Of a stretch of DNA of 64,000 bases, positions 54,707 to 64,000 are shown piece after piece. The stretch spans positions 247,797-311,796 of the forward strand of contig JAGQRW010000018.1 in assembly GCA_020425085.1 (NCBI GenBank). Reading direction: 5' to 3'. Source of the stretch: Paracoccaceae bacterium. GTDB lineage: Bacteria > Pseudomonadota > Alphaproteobacteria > Rhodobacterales > Rhodobacteraceae. The position numbers and the translations under genes were made by a program. Each line of letters opens with the position of its first letter. Position 1 is the first letter of the stretch. The notes below the pieces were generated by a model. That model was given only the letters and a program-made list of their open reading frames with translations. It had not been told where the DNA came from and ran no database searches.

Positions 54707-57124
54707 TCAGCCGAGCAGGCGTTTTCGTTCCGGATCGAACAGCGGTGTGGTGATCAGGCGGGCCGGGCGCATGTCGCCGAGGATTTCGATTTCGACCTCA
54801 AGCCCCTCTACGGCCTGTTCGGTCGGTACAAAGCCAAGGGCAAGCGAGGTTTCAGACCAGTGGGAATAGCCGCCCGAGGTGCAAAAGCCGATCACATCGC
54901 CAGCATGCCAGATCGGTTCATAAGCGATCACATCGGCGTCTTTGGCATTGACGGCAAAGGCCATGAGGCGGCGATTGGGGCCGGTTGCCTTTTCTGCGAG
55001 GGCTGCGGTCTTGCCGATGAAATCACCGGATTTCTTCCAGTCGATGAAGCGGTCCATGCCGGTTTCCGCCGGGGTGTAATCGGGGCTGAATTCACGTCCC
55101 CATGAGCCGAAGAAGCGATCGAGCCTGAGGCTCATCATTGCCCGCATGCCAAACGGTCTGAGGCCAAGGTCCGAGCCGTGTTCGACCAGGGTCTGGTGAA
55201 GGGCGCGCTGACAGGTGGGGTTTGCGAAAATCTCATAGCCAAGGTCGCCGGTATAGCTGACCCGTTGCACCAGCGCATCGGTCATGCCGATGGTCAACCT
55301 GCGCACGTCCATGAATTTGAACGCCGTGGCCGAGACATCGCCAAGGGTGGTGCAGGCCAGCAATTTGCGGGCGTTGGGGCCGGCGATCTGAAAGCCGATG
55401 AAACTGTCCGAGGTGTTTTCGACCTTTACCCCCTGATCCGGCAGATTTTGCTGAAACCAGCGCATGTGAAAAGCCTGTGCGCCATAGCTGGCTGTCAGGC
55501 GGAAATCGTCATCGGCAAGGCAGGAGACGGTGAAATCACCGATCAGCCGCCCCTTGGGCGACAACATCGGCGTCAGCGCCATGCGGCCGGGTTTCGGGAT
55601 GCGCCCGGCCATGACATGATCCAGCCACGGCCGTGCACCCGGGCCGGTGACATGGTATTTGCCGAAATTGTGCACCTCGTTCAGGCCGACGGCGTTGCGT
55701 ACCGCCATCACCTCTTGTTTCGTTGCCTCAAAGGCGTTGGAGCGGCGGAATGACGGGGTTTCGTAATCCGGTTCGCCAGGCAGGGCATAGTAATTCGCCA
55801 CCTCCATGCCGTATTGCGCGCCGAACACCGCGCCTGCCTGTTTCTGCAGGTCATAGACAGGGGTGGTGCGGAACGGGCGACAGGCGGCGAGTTCCTCGTT
55901 CGGGTAATTGACGCTGAACCGGCGCTGGTAGTTTTCCACCACTTTCGGGCGGGTATAGCCGGGGGTGATCCAGTTGCCGAAGCGGGCCACATCCATGGCG
56001 AAGATATCGCGCGAAGGTTCGCCCTCGATCATCCACTCGGCAAGGCTGAGGCCGACGCCGCCGCCCTGGCTGAAGCCGGCCATCACGGCGGCGGCGGACC
56101 AGTAGTTCCTGAGGCCCGGCACCGGGCCGACCAGCGGGTTGCCATCGGGGGCAAAGGTGAACGGGCCGTGGATGACGGTTTTCACCCCGGCACGTTCCAG
56201 GATCGGGTAGCGGCGATAGGCGAACGCGATGCTGTCCTCGATCTTGTCCAGGTCGTCGGGCAGCAGTTCATGGCCGAAATCGGCGGGTGTGCCGTTTACC
56301 GCCCAGGGCTTGCAGGGTTGTTCATAAAAGCCGATGCAAAGACCGCGGCCTTCCTGGCGCAGATAGCTTTCGCCGCCGGGATCCATCACATGCGGATGCT
56401 CGTGGTCGCTTTGGTAAATCTCGGGCAGATCCTCGGTGACGATGTACTGATGCTCCATCGGGTGCAGCGGCAGGTAGACACCGGCCAGCGCCGCCACCTC
56501 TCGCGCCCACAGGCCGCCGGCATTGACCAGATGTTCGCAATGGATGGTGCCGTTTTGCGTCACCACCTCCCAGGTGCCGTCGCGGCGCTGGTTGGTTTCG
56601 ATCACCGGGTTTCTGAGCACCACCTCGGCCCCGGCCATCTTGGCGGCGCGAATATAGGCGTGGGTGGTGCCGGATGGGTCAAGATGGCCGTCCAGCGGAT
56701 CGTAAAGGCCGCCGACAATGCCCTTGATGTTGGTGATCGGGCTGAGCCTGCCGATTTCTTCCGGGCTGACGATTTCGGTCTCCAGCCCCATGAAGCGGTG
56801 CTTGGCGCGTTCGGCCTTGAGCATGTCCATCCGCGCCGGAGTGTCGGCCAGGGTGACGCCGCCGACATGGTGCAAGCCGCAGGACATGCCGGTGATCTCC
56901 TCCAGTTCCCTGTAAAGGCGGATGGTATAGCCTTGCAGCGCCGCCATGTTGGTATCGCCGTTGAGGGTGTGAAACCCCCCCGCCGCGTGCCAGGTGGAAC
57001 CCGAGGTAAGTTCGGAGCGTTCCACCAGCATCACGTCTGACCAGCCGAGCTTGGTCAGATGGTAAAGCACCGAGGCGCCGACGACGCCACCGCCGATGAC
57101 AACGACGCGGGTGGTGGTTTTCAT
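54707..57124 (-). CDS. Dimethylglycine/sarcosine dehydrogenase-family protein (FAD oxidoreductase fused to a GcvT-type aminomethyltransferase domain)
   Basis: 805 aa. The N-terminus has VVVIGGGVVGASVLYHL (DAO FAD motif) and STWHAAG. The C-terminal ~400 aa are GcvT-like (folate-binding). Confidence 0.85.
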   Translation of the reverse strand: MKTTTRVVVIGGGVVGASVLYHLTKLGWSDVMLVERSELTSGSTWHAAGGFHTLNGDTNMAALQGYTIRLYRELEEITGMSCGLHHVGGVTLADTPARMDMLKAERAKHRFMGLETEIVSPEEIGRLSPITNIKGIVGGLYDPLDGHLDPSGTTHAYIRAAKMAGAEVVLRNPVIETNQRRDGTWEVVTQNGTIHCEHLVNAGGLWAREVAALAGVYLPLHPMEHQYIVTEDLPEIYQSDHEHPHVMDPGGESYLRQEGRGLCIGFYEQPCKPWAVNGTPADFGHELLPDDLDKIEDSIAFAYRRYPILERAGVKTVIHGPFTFAPDGNPLVGPVPGLRNYWSAAAVMAGFSQGGGVGLSLAEWMIEGEPSRDIFAMDVARFGNWITPGYTRPKVVENYQRRFSVNYPNEELAACRPFRTTPVYDLQKQAGAVFGAQYGMEVANYYALPGEPDYETPSFRRSNAFEATKQEVMAVRNAVGLNEVHNFGKYHVTGPGARPWLDHVMAGRIPKPGRMALTPMLSPKGRLIGDFTVSCLADDDFRLTASYGAQAFHMRWFQQNLPDQGVKVENTSDSFIGFQIAGPNARKLLACTTLGDVSATAFKFMDVRRLTIGMTDALVQRVSYTGDLGYEIFANPTCQRALHQTLVEHGSDLGLRPFGMRAMMSLRLDRFFGSWGREFSPDYTPAETGMDRFIDWKKSGDFIGKTAALAEKATGPNRRLMAFAVNAKDADVIAYEPIWHAGDVIGFCTSGGYSHWSETSLALGFVPTEQAVEGLEVEIEILGDMRPARLITTPLFDPERKRLLG

Positions 57125-57257
57125 GATATATTCCCCGTTCTGGCCCGATTTTCGGCGATCTTGCCGCCGGGATTCGGCCCCGGCATGTCGGGATGCGACA
57201 GATCAATGGCACCTGGCTTCGCTTTCAGGCGATTTTCGGCCGGCTGGTGACGGGCGG

Positions 57258-58556
57258 CTATTTCTCGGGTATCAGGCCGCGCGGACTGAACCGAAGCACC
57301 AGCAACAGGATCACTCCCATGGTCAGCAGGCGCATCTGCGCGGCACCATCCAGCAGATGATCGCGCAGCCAGCTATCGCTGGCCATGCCGCTGGTCAGCA
57401 GCTCCATCAGCCAACGGCCTAGCGGCTCCACCTCGATCCACAGGAACCAGATCAGAAACCCGCCCAGAACCGAACCCCAGTTGTTGCCGGAGCCGCCGAC
57501 AATCACCATCACCCAGATCAGAAAGGTGAAGCGCAGCGGCTGATAGGTACCGGGGGTCATGAGGCTGTCAAGCGTGGTCATCATCGCCCCGGCAATGCCA
57601 CAGACGGCGGAACCGATGATGAATACCTGCAAATGCCGGCGGGTCACGTCCTTGCCCATGGCTTCGGCGGCTTCCTCGTTGTCACGGATGGCGCGCATCA
57701 TCCGCCCCCAGGGTGAATTCAGCGCCTTTTCCGACATCCAGAAGATGATCGCCAGCACGATCACGAACAATATGGCATAGCAGAGTTTCACAAAGATCGA
57801 CGAGGCGTCAATCAGGTCGATACCCAGCCAGTCGGCCCAGGCGACGAAACCTGGATCGGCCTGCAAATCCACCTCATAGGGAACCGGGCGGGGGATATTA
57901 GCGACGTTCTTGACCCCGCGCGCCAGCCAATCCTCGTTCTTCAGAACGGCGATGATGATCTCGGCAATGCCAAGCGTGGCAATGGCCAGGTAATCGGACC
58001 TGAGGCCGAGCGAGATTTTGCCGATGCCCCAGGCGGCAGCGGCGGCGAACAACCCGCCTACCAGCCAGCTTAGCAGGATCGGCAGGCCAAGTCCGCCCAG
58101 ATAGCCGGTGGCGGCGGGATCAATGCTTTCGATTGCCTCGACCGCCGGATCAAACAGGTAGCGATAAAGCAGAAAGCCGCCGATCAGCACCGCAGTGATG
58201 GCCAGCGCGCGCAGCCGTCCCGCGGCCATGCGTTTCCATAGCTGGACGGCGATAAAAATGGTTGCGGCTGCCGTCACCATCGCAAGCAGGATGCCAAGGC
58301 CGCCCGCGGACCACGCCTCTTTCACCGGCGGCATCGAGGTGACGACGGTGGCCAGCCCGCCAAGCGCCACAAAGCCCATGGTGCCGACGGAAAACAGCCC
58401 GGCATAACCCCACTGGATATTGACGCCAAGCGCCATTATCGCCGAGATCAGGCACATGTTCAGAAGCTGCGCCGCCACCGTCCAGCTTTGCAGAAAGCCG
58501 ACAAAGATCATCAATGCGAAAATCGTGGCAAACATTGCGATGCTGCGCGTATTCAT
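57258..58556 (-). CDS. HAAT ABC transporter permease, LivM-like
   Basis: 432-aa polytopic ORF with an ATGA overlap to the upstream LivH-like gene. Confidence 0.85.
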   Translation of the reverse strand: MNTRSIAMFATIFALMIFVGFLQSWTVAAQLLNMCLISAIMALGVNIQWGYAGLFSVGTMGFVALGGLATVVTSMPPVKEAWSAGGLGILLAMVTAAATIFIAVQLWKRMAAGRLRALAITAVLIGGFLLYRYLFDPAVEAIESIDPAATGYLGGLGLPILLSWLVGGLFAAAAAWGIGKISLGLRSDYLAIATLGIAEIIIAVLKNEDWLARGVKNVANIPRPVPYEVDLQADPGFVAWADWLGIDLIDASSIFVKLCYAILFVIVLAIIFWMSEKALNSPWGRMMRAIRDNEEAAEAMGKDVTRRHLQVFIIGSAVCGIAGAMMTTLDSLMTPGTYQPLRFTFLIWVMVIVGGSGNNWGSVLGGFLIWFLWIEVEPLGRWLMELLTSGMASDSWLRDHLLDGAAQMRLLTMGVILLLVLRFSPRGLIPEK

Positions 58557-59563
58557 ACCGATTGCCCCTTGAATATGCCGGTGGGCCGGAACAGCAGGAC
58601 CAGCACCAGGATGGAAAATGAAACCGCGAATTTGTAGTCGGTGGACAAAAGCTGCACCAGCGAGTCGGGCGCCCAGGCGTCAGGCACCAGATAGGTCACC
58701 ACTTTCTTGAAGGCATAGGTGACTGTCACCTCGGAAAACGCGATGACGAAACCACCGGCGATCGCCCCCAGCGGATTGCCCAGCCCGCCGACGATGGCGG
58801 CTGCGAACATCGGCAGCAAAAGCTGGAAATAGATGAACGGCTTGAAGCTCTTGTCAAGGCCGTAAAGCGTGCCGGCGACGGTGGCCAGGATGCCCACCAG
58901 CACCCAGACGATGGTGACCACGCGTTCGGGGTTGATACCCGACAGCAGCGCCAGATCCTCGTTGTCGGAAAAGGCACGCATGGATTTGCCGGTGCGGGTG
59001 CGGTTCAGGAACCAGAACAGCGCCGCAACCACCACCACGGCGGTAATGACGGTGATGCCTTGGGAAACCTTGATCGCCAGGCCTTCCTCCAGCCCGGTGG
59101 CGCGTTTGAAGCCGCCCGCCGTGACGATGAACCTGGCACCATCGGCAAACCGCTGATCACCGGTGCCGATGACGATGCGTACCAGCCCGTTCAGGACGAA
59201 CATCACCCCGAGCGAGGCCATCACCAGAATGATCGGCGCCGCCTTGGCGCGGCGATAAAAGCGGTAGACCACGCGGTCGGTGCCAAGCACCAGCAGAACC
59301 GTGACCGCAATGCCGAACGGCAGCGCCAGCAACGCGGTGGGCAGGGGGCCGAAACCGATCCCCGCCGACTGCATCCACCAGGTTATCAGGATCACCACCA
59401 TGGTGCCAAACGCCATGGTGTCGCCATGGGCGAAGTTTGAGAATCTGAGGATGCCATAGATCAGCGTGATCCCGAGCGCCCCAAGCGCCAGTTGGCTGCC
59501 ATAGGTAACGCCGGGAACCAGGACGTAATTGGCAAGAGCGGTCAACGCGTTGAGAAAATCCAT
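58553..59563 (-). CDS. HAAT ABC transporter permease, LivH-like
   Basis: 336-aa polytopic ORF containing GILRFSNFAHGD. Confidence 0.85.
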   Translation of the reverse strand: MDFLNALTALANYVLVPGVTYGSQLALGALGITLIYGILRFSNFAHGDTMAFGTMVVILITWWMQSAGIGFGPLPTALLALPFGIAVTVLLVLGTDRVVYRFYRRAKAAPIILVMASLGVMFVLNGLVRIVIGTGDQRFADGARFIVTAGGFKRATGLEEGLAIKVSQGITVITAVVVVAALFWFLNRTRTGKSMRAFSDNEDLALLSGINPERVVTIVWVLVGILATVAGTLYGLDKSFKPFIYFQLLLPMFAAAIVGGLGNPLGAIAGGFVIAFSEVTVTYAFKKVVTYLVPDAWAPDSLVQLLSTDYKFAVSFSILVLVLLFRPTGIFKGQSV

Positions 59564-59566
59564 GCC

Positions 59567-60283
59567 TCAGCCCCCCAGGAAAGATTTGCGCACTTCCGGA
59601 TCGGCCAGCAAGGCGGCCCCGGTATCGGTGAACCGGTTCTCGCCGGTGACCAGAACATAGCCCTTATGGGCAATCGCCAGCGCTTGCCGTGCGTTCTGTT
59701 CCACCATCAGAATGGAAATGCCGGTGCGGGCCACCTCGATGATGCGATCAAAAAGCTCGTCCATCACGATCGGGCTGACGCCGGCGGTTGGCTCGTCCAG
59801 CATCAGAACCTTGGGGCGGGTCATCAGCGCCCGGCCGACCGCCACCTGCTGGCGCTGGCCACCCGACAGTTCGCCCGCCGCCTGCCTTCGCTTGTCCTTG
59901 AGGATGGGAAACAGTTCATAAACCTGCGCCATGGTGCCGGAAATGTCGTCGCGCCTGAGGAAGGCACCCATTTCAAGGTTTTCCTCTACCGTCATCGAGG
60001 TGAAGATGTTGTTGGTCTGGGGCACGAACGCCATGCCCTTGGCAACCCGGTCCTGTGGCGTCAGGTTGGTGATATCCTCGCCATCCAGCCGGACCGAGCC
60101 CTTGTGCAGGTTCAGCATGCCGAAAATCGCCTTCATGGCGGTGGATTTGCCGGCGCCGTTCGGCCCGACGATCACCGCGATTTCGCCCTGATCCACCGCC
60201 ACGGTGCAATCATGCAGGATGGCCGGACCCTTGCCATAGCCGCCGGTCATGTTTTCCCCGATCAGAAACGGCTCATTGCTCAT
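59567..60283 (-). CDS. ABC transporter ATP-binding protein, LivF-like
   Basis: Has Walker A (GPNGAGKST), the signature LSGGQRQ and Walker B (LMLDEP). Confidence 0.9.
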   Translation of the reverse strand: MSNEPFLIGENMTGGYGKGPAILHDCTVAVDQGEIAVIVGPNGAGKSTAMKAIFGMLNLHKGSVRLDGEDITNLTPQDRVAKGMAFVPQTNNIFTSMTVEENLEMGAFLRRDDISGTMAQVYELFPILKDKRRQAAGELSGGQRQQVAVGRALMTRPKVLMLDEPTAGVSPIVMDELFDRIIEVARTGISILMVEQNARQALAIAHKGYVLVTGENRFTDTGAALLADPEVRKSFLGG

Positions 60284-61080
60284 GGCGTGGCCCCCTGGCT
60301 GTGTTCGGCCTTGATCTTGTTCTTCAGACCGGTGCCAAGATATGCCTCGATCACCTGCTCGTTGTTCTTGATGTCGTCGATGCTGCCCTCGGCCAGCACA
60401 TGCCCCTCGGCCATGCAGATGACCGGATCACACAGGCGGGCGATGAAATCCATGTCGTGTTCGATGACGCAGAAGGTATAGCCGCGTTCCTTGTTCAGCC
60501 GGATGATGGCATCGCCGATGGTATTCAGCAGCGTGCGGTTGACCCCTGCGCCCACCTCGTCCAGAAACACCATCTTGGCATCGACCATCATGGTACGCCC
60601 GAGTTCCAGCAGTTTTTTCTGCCCGCCCGACAGGTTGCCGGCGCGTTCATCGGCCAGATGGTCAATGGTCAGGAATTTCAGCACCTCGTCGGCCTTGGCG
60701 GCCAGTTCAGCCTCTTGCCTCCGAACAGCGCCTTGGCGAAACCAGGTGTTGAACAGGACTTCGCCCGCCTGTTCACCCGGAACCATCATCAGGTTCTCGC
60801 GCACCGTCATGGATGAAAATTCATGCGCGATCTGAAAGGTTCTGAGCAGGCCCTTGTGGAACAATTCATGTGGCGGCAGGCCGGTGATGTCTTCACCCAG
60901 CATGGTAACGCGGCCCGAGGTAGGTTTAAGAACCCCGGCGATTACATTGAAAAGAGTGGTTTTACCGGCTCCATTTGGGCCGATCAGGCCGGTGATGGAA
61001 CCTTGTTTGATTTCAAGCGTCGCACCGTCAACGGCGCGAAAGCCGCCGAAATGTTTGTGAATGTCTTGAACGACAATCAT
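60280..61080 (-). CDS. ABC transporter ATP-binding protein, LivG-like
   Basis: Has Walker A (GPNGAGKTT), the signature LSGGQKK and Walker B (VFLDEV). Confidence 0.9.
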   Translation of the reverse strand: MIVVQDIHKHFGGFRAVDGATLEIKQGSITGLIGPNGAGKTTLFNVIAGVLKPTSGRVTMLGEDITGLPPHELFHKGLLRTFQIAHEFSSMTVRENLMMVPGEQAGEVLFNTWFRQGAVRRQEAELAAKADEVLKFLTIDHLADERAGNLSGGQKKLLELGRTMMVDAKMVFLDEVGAGVNRTLLNTIGDAIIRLNKERGYTFCVIEHDMDFIARLCDPVICMAEGHVLAEGSIDDIKNNEQVIEAYLGTGLKNKIKAEHSQGATP

Positions 61081-61100
61081 CGTTTATTACCCCCCGTGAC

Positions 61101-61127
61101 AAAAACAGCCCGAGTAAACCCGGGCTG
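61101..61127 (-). terminator. Intercistronic hairpin plus T-tract after the binding-protein gene (attenuator/terminator)
   Basis: A CAGCCCG/CGGGCTG stem is followed on the minus strand by TTTTTG. It lies between the SBP stop (61154) and the ATPase start (61080). Confidence 0.55.
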
Positions 61128-61153
61128 CTTTTATTCTTGTTATGGCCGCACGA

Positions 61154-62344
61154 TCAGCGGTATTTCACCGTGGTGATCTTGCCGTCCTTGATCTCGTACT
61201 GGCGATAGTTGCCGGCGGATTCACCGCCGCCGATCAGTTCCACCGCCGTGCCGCCGACATAATCAATGTCGCCGCCATCTGCCAGGATCTTCAGGGCCTT
61301 GCCCAGTTCGCCGGGATAGATCTTTTCGCCCGGTGCGTTGGCAACTTCCATCACCTTGTTCTTGTAGACGCCGGGATCGGTCGAATTCGCCGCCTGCATG
61401 GCCAGCAGGATAAGCGCCGCCGCATCATAGCTTTCCGGCACAAAGGATGAGGTGCCGTCAAATCCATTGGCTTCGCCCATTTTCTTGATGATGGCGGCAC
61501 CCGGACTGTCGGTGCCGGGAACCTGACCGGTGGAACCGTTGATTTCGGTGCCGAAATCGGTTTCCAGCTTGGCGCCGTACATGCCGTCTGGGAAGTGGAA
61601 GGTGTCAAAGGCGCCGGTATCGAGCGACGAGCGAATGATGCCCGAACCACCCTGATCAAGATAACCCGCAATCACCAGACGATCACCGCCAGCCGAGGCA
61701 AGCGCGCCGACCTCGGCGGAATAATCCGCCTTGCCATCCTCATGCGCGGCACTGATGGTGACGGTGCCGCCTTCGGCCTTGTAGGCCGATTCAAAGGAAT
61801 CCGACAAGCCCTTGCCATAGTCGTTGTTGGTATAGGTGACGGCAACCGACTTGATGCCAAGTTCCATCAGGATGTCGGCCATCACCTGGCCCTGACGGGC
61901 GTCGGAAGGGGCGGTGCGGAAAAACAGCCCGTCATCCTCGGCGGTGGACAGCGCCGGCGAGGTGGCCGATGGCGAGATCATCACCATGCCGTTTGGGCGC
62001 GCCACGTTTTGCAGCACCGCACCGGTCACGCCCGAACAGGCGGCGCCGACGATGCCGGATACCTTGTCGGAGGTGATCAGCCGTTCCGCCGCCGCAGTGG
62101 CGGCACCGCTGTCGATGCAGGTCGAATCGGCCTTGACCGCCGTGACCGTCATGCCGCCAAGCAAGGCACCGGAATCCGATACTTCCTTGATGGCCAGTTC
62201 GGCCGCCGGCCCCATATGTGCCACCAGACTTTCGATCGGGCCGGTATAGCCGAGAAGGACCCCGATCTTTACATCGCCCGCAGCCATCGCTGTGCCGGTC
62301 GCCATCAGGCTGAACGCGGCACTGGCAAGCAAGATTTTTTTCAT
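61154..62344 (-). CDS. HAAT ABC transporter periplasmic substrate-binding protein (LivJ-like)
   Basis: Has a Sec signal (MKKILLASAAFSLMATGTAMA) and a type-I PBP pattern (KIGVLLGYTGP...GIVGAACSGV). Confidence 0.85.
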   Translation of the reverse strand: MKKILLASAAFSLMATGTAMAAGDVKIGVLLGYTGPIESLVAHMGPAAELAIKEVSDSGALLGGMTVTAVKADSTCIDSGAATAAAERLITSDKVSGIVGAACSGVTGAVLQNVARPNGMVMISPSATSPALSTAEDDGLFFRTAPSDARQGQVMADILMELGIKSVAVTYTNNDYGKGLSDSFESAYKAEGGTVTISAAHEDGKADYSAEVGALASAGGDRLVIAGYLDQGGSGIIRSSLDTGAFDTFHFPDGMYGAKLETDFGTEINGSTGQVPGTDSPGAAIIKKMGEANGFDGTSSFVPESYDAAALILLAMQAANSTDPGVYKNKVMEVANAPGEKIYPGELGKALKILADGGDIDYVGGTAVELIGGGESAGNYRQYEIKDGKITTVKYR

Positions 62345-62538
62345 TGTTTTCTCCCGTTAAGTAAATTCGATGCTCGGCAGTCTAATGCGGCATTTGTTAA
62401 ATGAAAAGGCCGGTGTTGCGGATGACGTGAAAGTCGTTGTTCAGATTTGATGCGGCGTAGATGGCCGCAGCAACAGTGCCCGCCGACAGGGTGTGTTTGA
62501 GTATTTGGGCAATAAAGAAGCCGGGGCGGGGGAACGGT

Positions 62539-63513
62539 TCAGGTCAGCGAGGCTTGCGAGCCGCGTTCGCGGTAAGGCGTGGTGTCGTAATGTGCCCGGT
62601 AGCATTTGGAGAAATGCGACGGTGAGGCAAAGCCGCAGGCAAGCGCCACGTTGATCACGCTCATGTCGGTCTGCATCAACAGGTTTCGCGCCTTTTGCAG
62701 CCTGAGTTCCATGTAATAGCGTTTGGGTGAGCGGTTCAGATAGCGGCGAAACAGCCGTTCAAGCTGGCGGGTGGACATACCGACATCATGGGCCAGAAGC
62801 GACGGCGAGACCGGTTCCTCGATATTCGCCTCCATGATCTTGATCACGGTGGAAAGTTTCGGGTGGCGCACGCCGATCCGGGTCGGGATCGACAGGCGCT
62901 GTTCGTCCCGGTCGGTGCGGATCGAGGTATAGATCAGCTGATCGGCCACGGTATTGGCCAGTTCCTGCCCATGATCCGAGGCGATCACGTTCAGCATCAG
63001 ATCAAGCGACGACATGCCACCGGCGCTGGAATAGCGGTTGCCATCGACCACATAGATCGACTTGGTCAGTTCGACCTTCAGGAATTCCTCTTCAAAACTG
63101 TCGTGGTTTTCCCAGTGGATGGTACATTTGCGCCCGTCCAGCAGTCCGGCCTTGGCGACCGTGTAGGAAGCGGTGCAAAGGCCGCCGATGCCGGCACCCT
63201 TGCGCGCCTCGCGTCTGAGCCAGTTGAGTACCGGGCGGGTGGTGGCATCCTTGATATGAACGCCGCCGCAGACCAGCACGGTATCGTCGCGCGTCACCTC
63301 GCCCAGCCCCATGTCGGTTTTGAGTTCGACGCCGTTTGATGCGGTGGCCGACTGGCCGTCCTCCGAGGCAAGGCTCCAGCGATAGAGGGTTTGGCCGGCC
63401 ATGCGGTTGGCGATTCTGAGCGGTTCGATCGCCGAGGCGAACGCCGCCATCGAGAAATTCTTCAACAGAAGAAACACGAAATGCCGTGGCTTCTGATCGG
63501 GTTCGCTTGCCAA
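62539..63513 (-). CDS. GlxA/GbdR-like AraC-family transcriptional regulator (DJ-1/PfpI-like N-domain plus AraC HTH)
   Basis: The N-terminus PRHFVFLLLKNFSMAAFASAIEPLRIAN resembles GbdR-type regulators. The C-terminus has an AraC HTH (VALACGFASPSHFSKCYRAHY). The start appears to be TTG. Confidence 0.75.
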   Translation of the reverse strand: MASEPDQKPRHFVFLLLKNFSMAAFASAIEPLRIANRMAGQTLYRWSLASEDGQSATASNGVELKTDMGLGEVTRDDTVLVCGGVHIKDATTRPVLNWLRREARKGAGIGGLCTASYTVAKAGLLDGRKCTIHWENHDSFEEEFLKVELTKSIYVVDGNRYSSAGGMSSLDLMLNVIASDHGQELANTVADQLIYTSIRTDRDEQRLSIPTRIGVRHPKLSTVIKIMEANIEEPVSPSLLAHDVGMSTRQLERLFRRYLNRSPKRYYMELRLQKARNLLMQTDMSVINVALACGFASPSHFSKCYRAHYDTTPYRERGSQASLT

Positions 63514-63722
63514 TGCGGTTCTATCCTTGCGTCAGCACCGAAAACCGACATGGATTCGGCGCGTTTGCGACGCTAACCAGTTGCTGCGGCAATGAGAAGG
63601 GGCAATGGTGTCGCCGCAACGGCCCTTTGCGGCAATAATTGATCGCCAGAATGCCGGTATTTGCTGGTCAAGCGGTTTTCGGTTACATATACAGCAGCCC
63701 TCAAGCCACGAACAGCGGAGTA

Positions 63723-64000
63723 ATGCCCATGAACCGGGCCTGGAGCAAATCCGACTGGCGCGCCAAACCGCGCGTTCAGATGCCGACATATACCGATCAG
63801 GCCGCCCTTGAAGCGGTGGAAACCCAGCTTGCCAAATACCCGCCACTGGTATTTGCGGGCGAGGCAAGGAACCTCAGGGCGCGGCTGGCCGAGGTTTCCG
63901 TCGGCAAGGCGTTCCTGTTGCAGGGCGGCGATTGCGCCGAAAGCTTTCAGGAATTCAGCGCCGATTCGATCCGCGACACTTTTCGGGTGATGCTGCAAAT
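63723..64000 (+). CDS. Class II 3-deoxy-7-phosphoheptulonate (DAHP) synthase, N-terminal part only
   Basis: Own translation gives [73 protein letters not shown], the class II DAHPS N-terminus. The ORF runs off the window end. Confidence 0.85.
   Translation, partial: MPMNRAWSKSDWRAKPRVQMPTYTDQAALEAVETQLAKYPPLVFAGEARNLRARLAEVSVGKAFLLQGGDCAESFQEFSADSIRDTFRVMLQ

Overview
High-GC alphaproteobacterial chromosome segment. The gene content (RcGTA-type cluster flanked by mltG and cysE, a VPLPA-CTERM protein, E1-beta carrying a lipoyl domain) suggests Rhodobacterales, but I could not run a search to confirm this. It is mostly core genome.

Gene order, left to right:
- HAAT-type ABC importer operon (minus strand), with a divergent XRE/DUF2083 regulator.
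- Receiver-only response regulator, a 2-TM mini-protein and a solute-symporter-fused histidine kinase. The kinase stop overlaps the first ATG of a FliM-like ORF (TGATG).
- About 330 bp of decaying 25-bp tandem repeats, then a convergent fliG.
- pxpBCA (5-oxoprolinase).
- rpsF-rpsR-rplI.
- A lower-GC monocistronic VPLPA-CTERM secreted protein.
- PaaI thioesterase, then fabD-fabG-acpP-(lipoprotein)-fabF-mltG.
- A complete RcGTA-type gene transfer agent cluster (g1-g15, about 23.7-37.8 kb) plus two translationally coupled extra ORFs.
- A TraR/DksA zinc-finger gene and cysE.
- pdhA-(VOC)-pdhB-pdhC with ftsB upstream.
- zauP-like gene and zapA.
- An eight-gene operon joining kynA/kynU to the CoA-dependent anthranilate pathway (2-aminobenzoate-CoA ligase, 2-aminobenzoyl-CoA monooxygenase/reductase), ending in a thioesterase and a RidA.
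- Dimethylglycine-dehydrogenase-like gene, a second HAAT ABC operon and a GbdR-like regulator.
- The start of a class II DAHP synthase.

I found no CRISPR array, rRNA, tRNA, transposase or integrase, and no recognisable defence system.

Most worth a second look:
1. A terminator-like hairpin in the GTA leader.
2. The orphan two-component module adjacent to the flagellar switch genes.
3. The kynurenine/anthraniloyl-CoA operon, whose downstream steps are unassigned.
4. The 25-bp repeat array.
5. The lower-GC VPLPA-CTERM islet.

All functional calls come from reading the translated ORFs and motifs by eye. No database search was possible.
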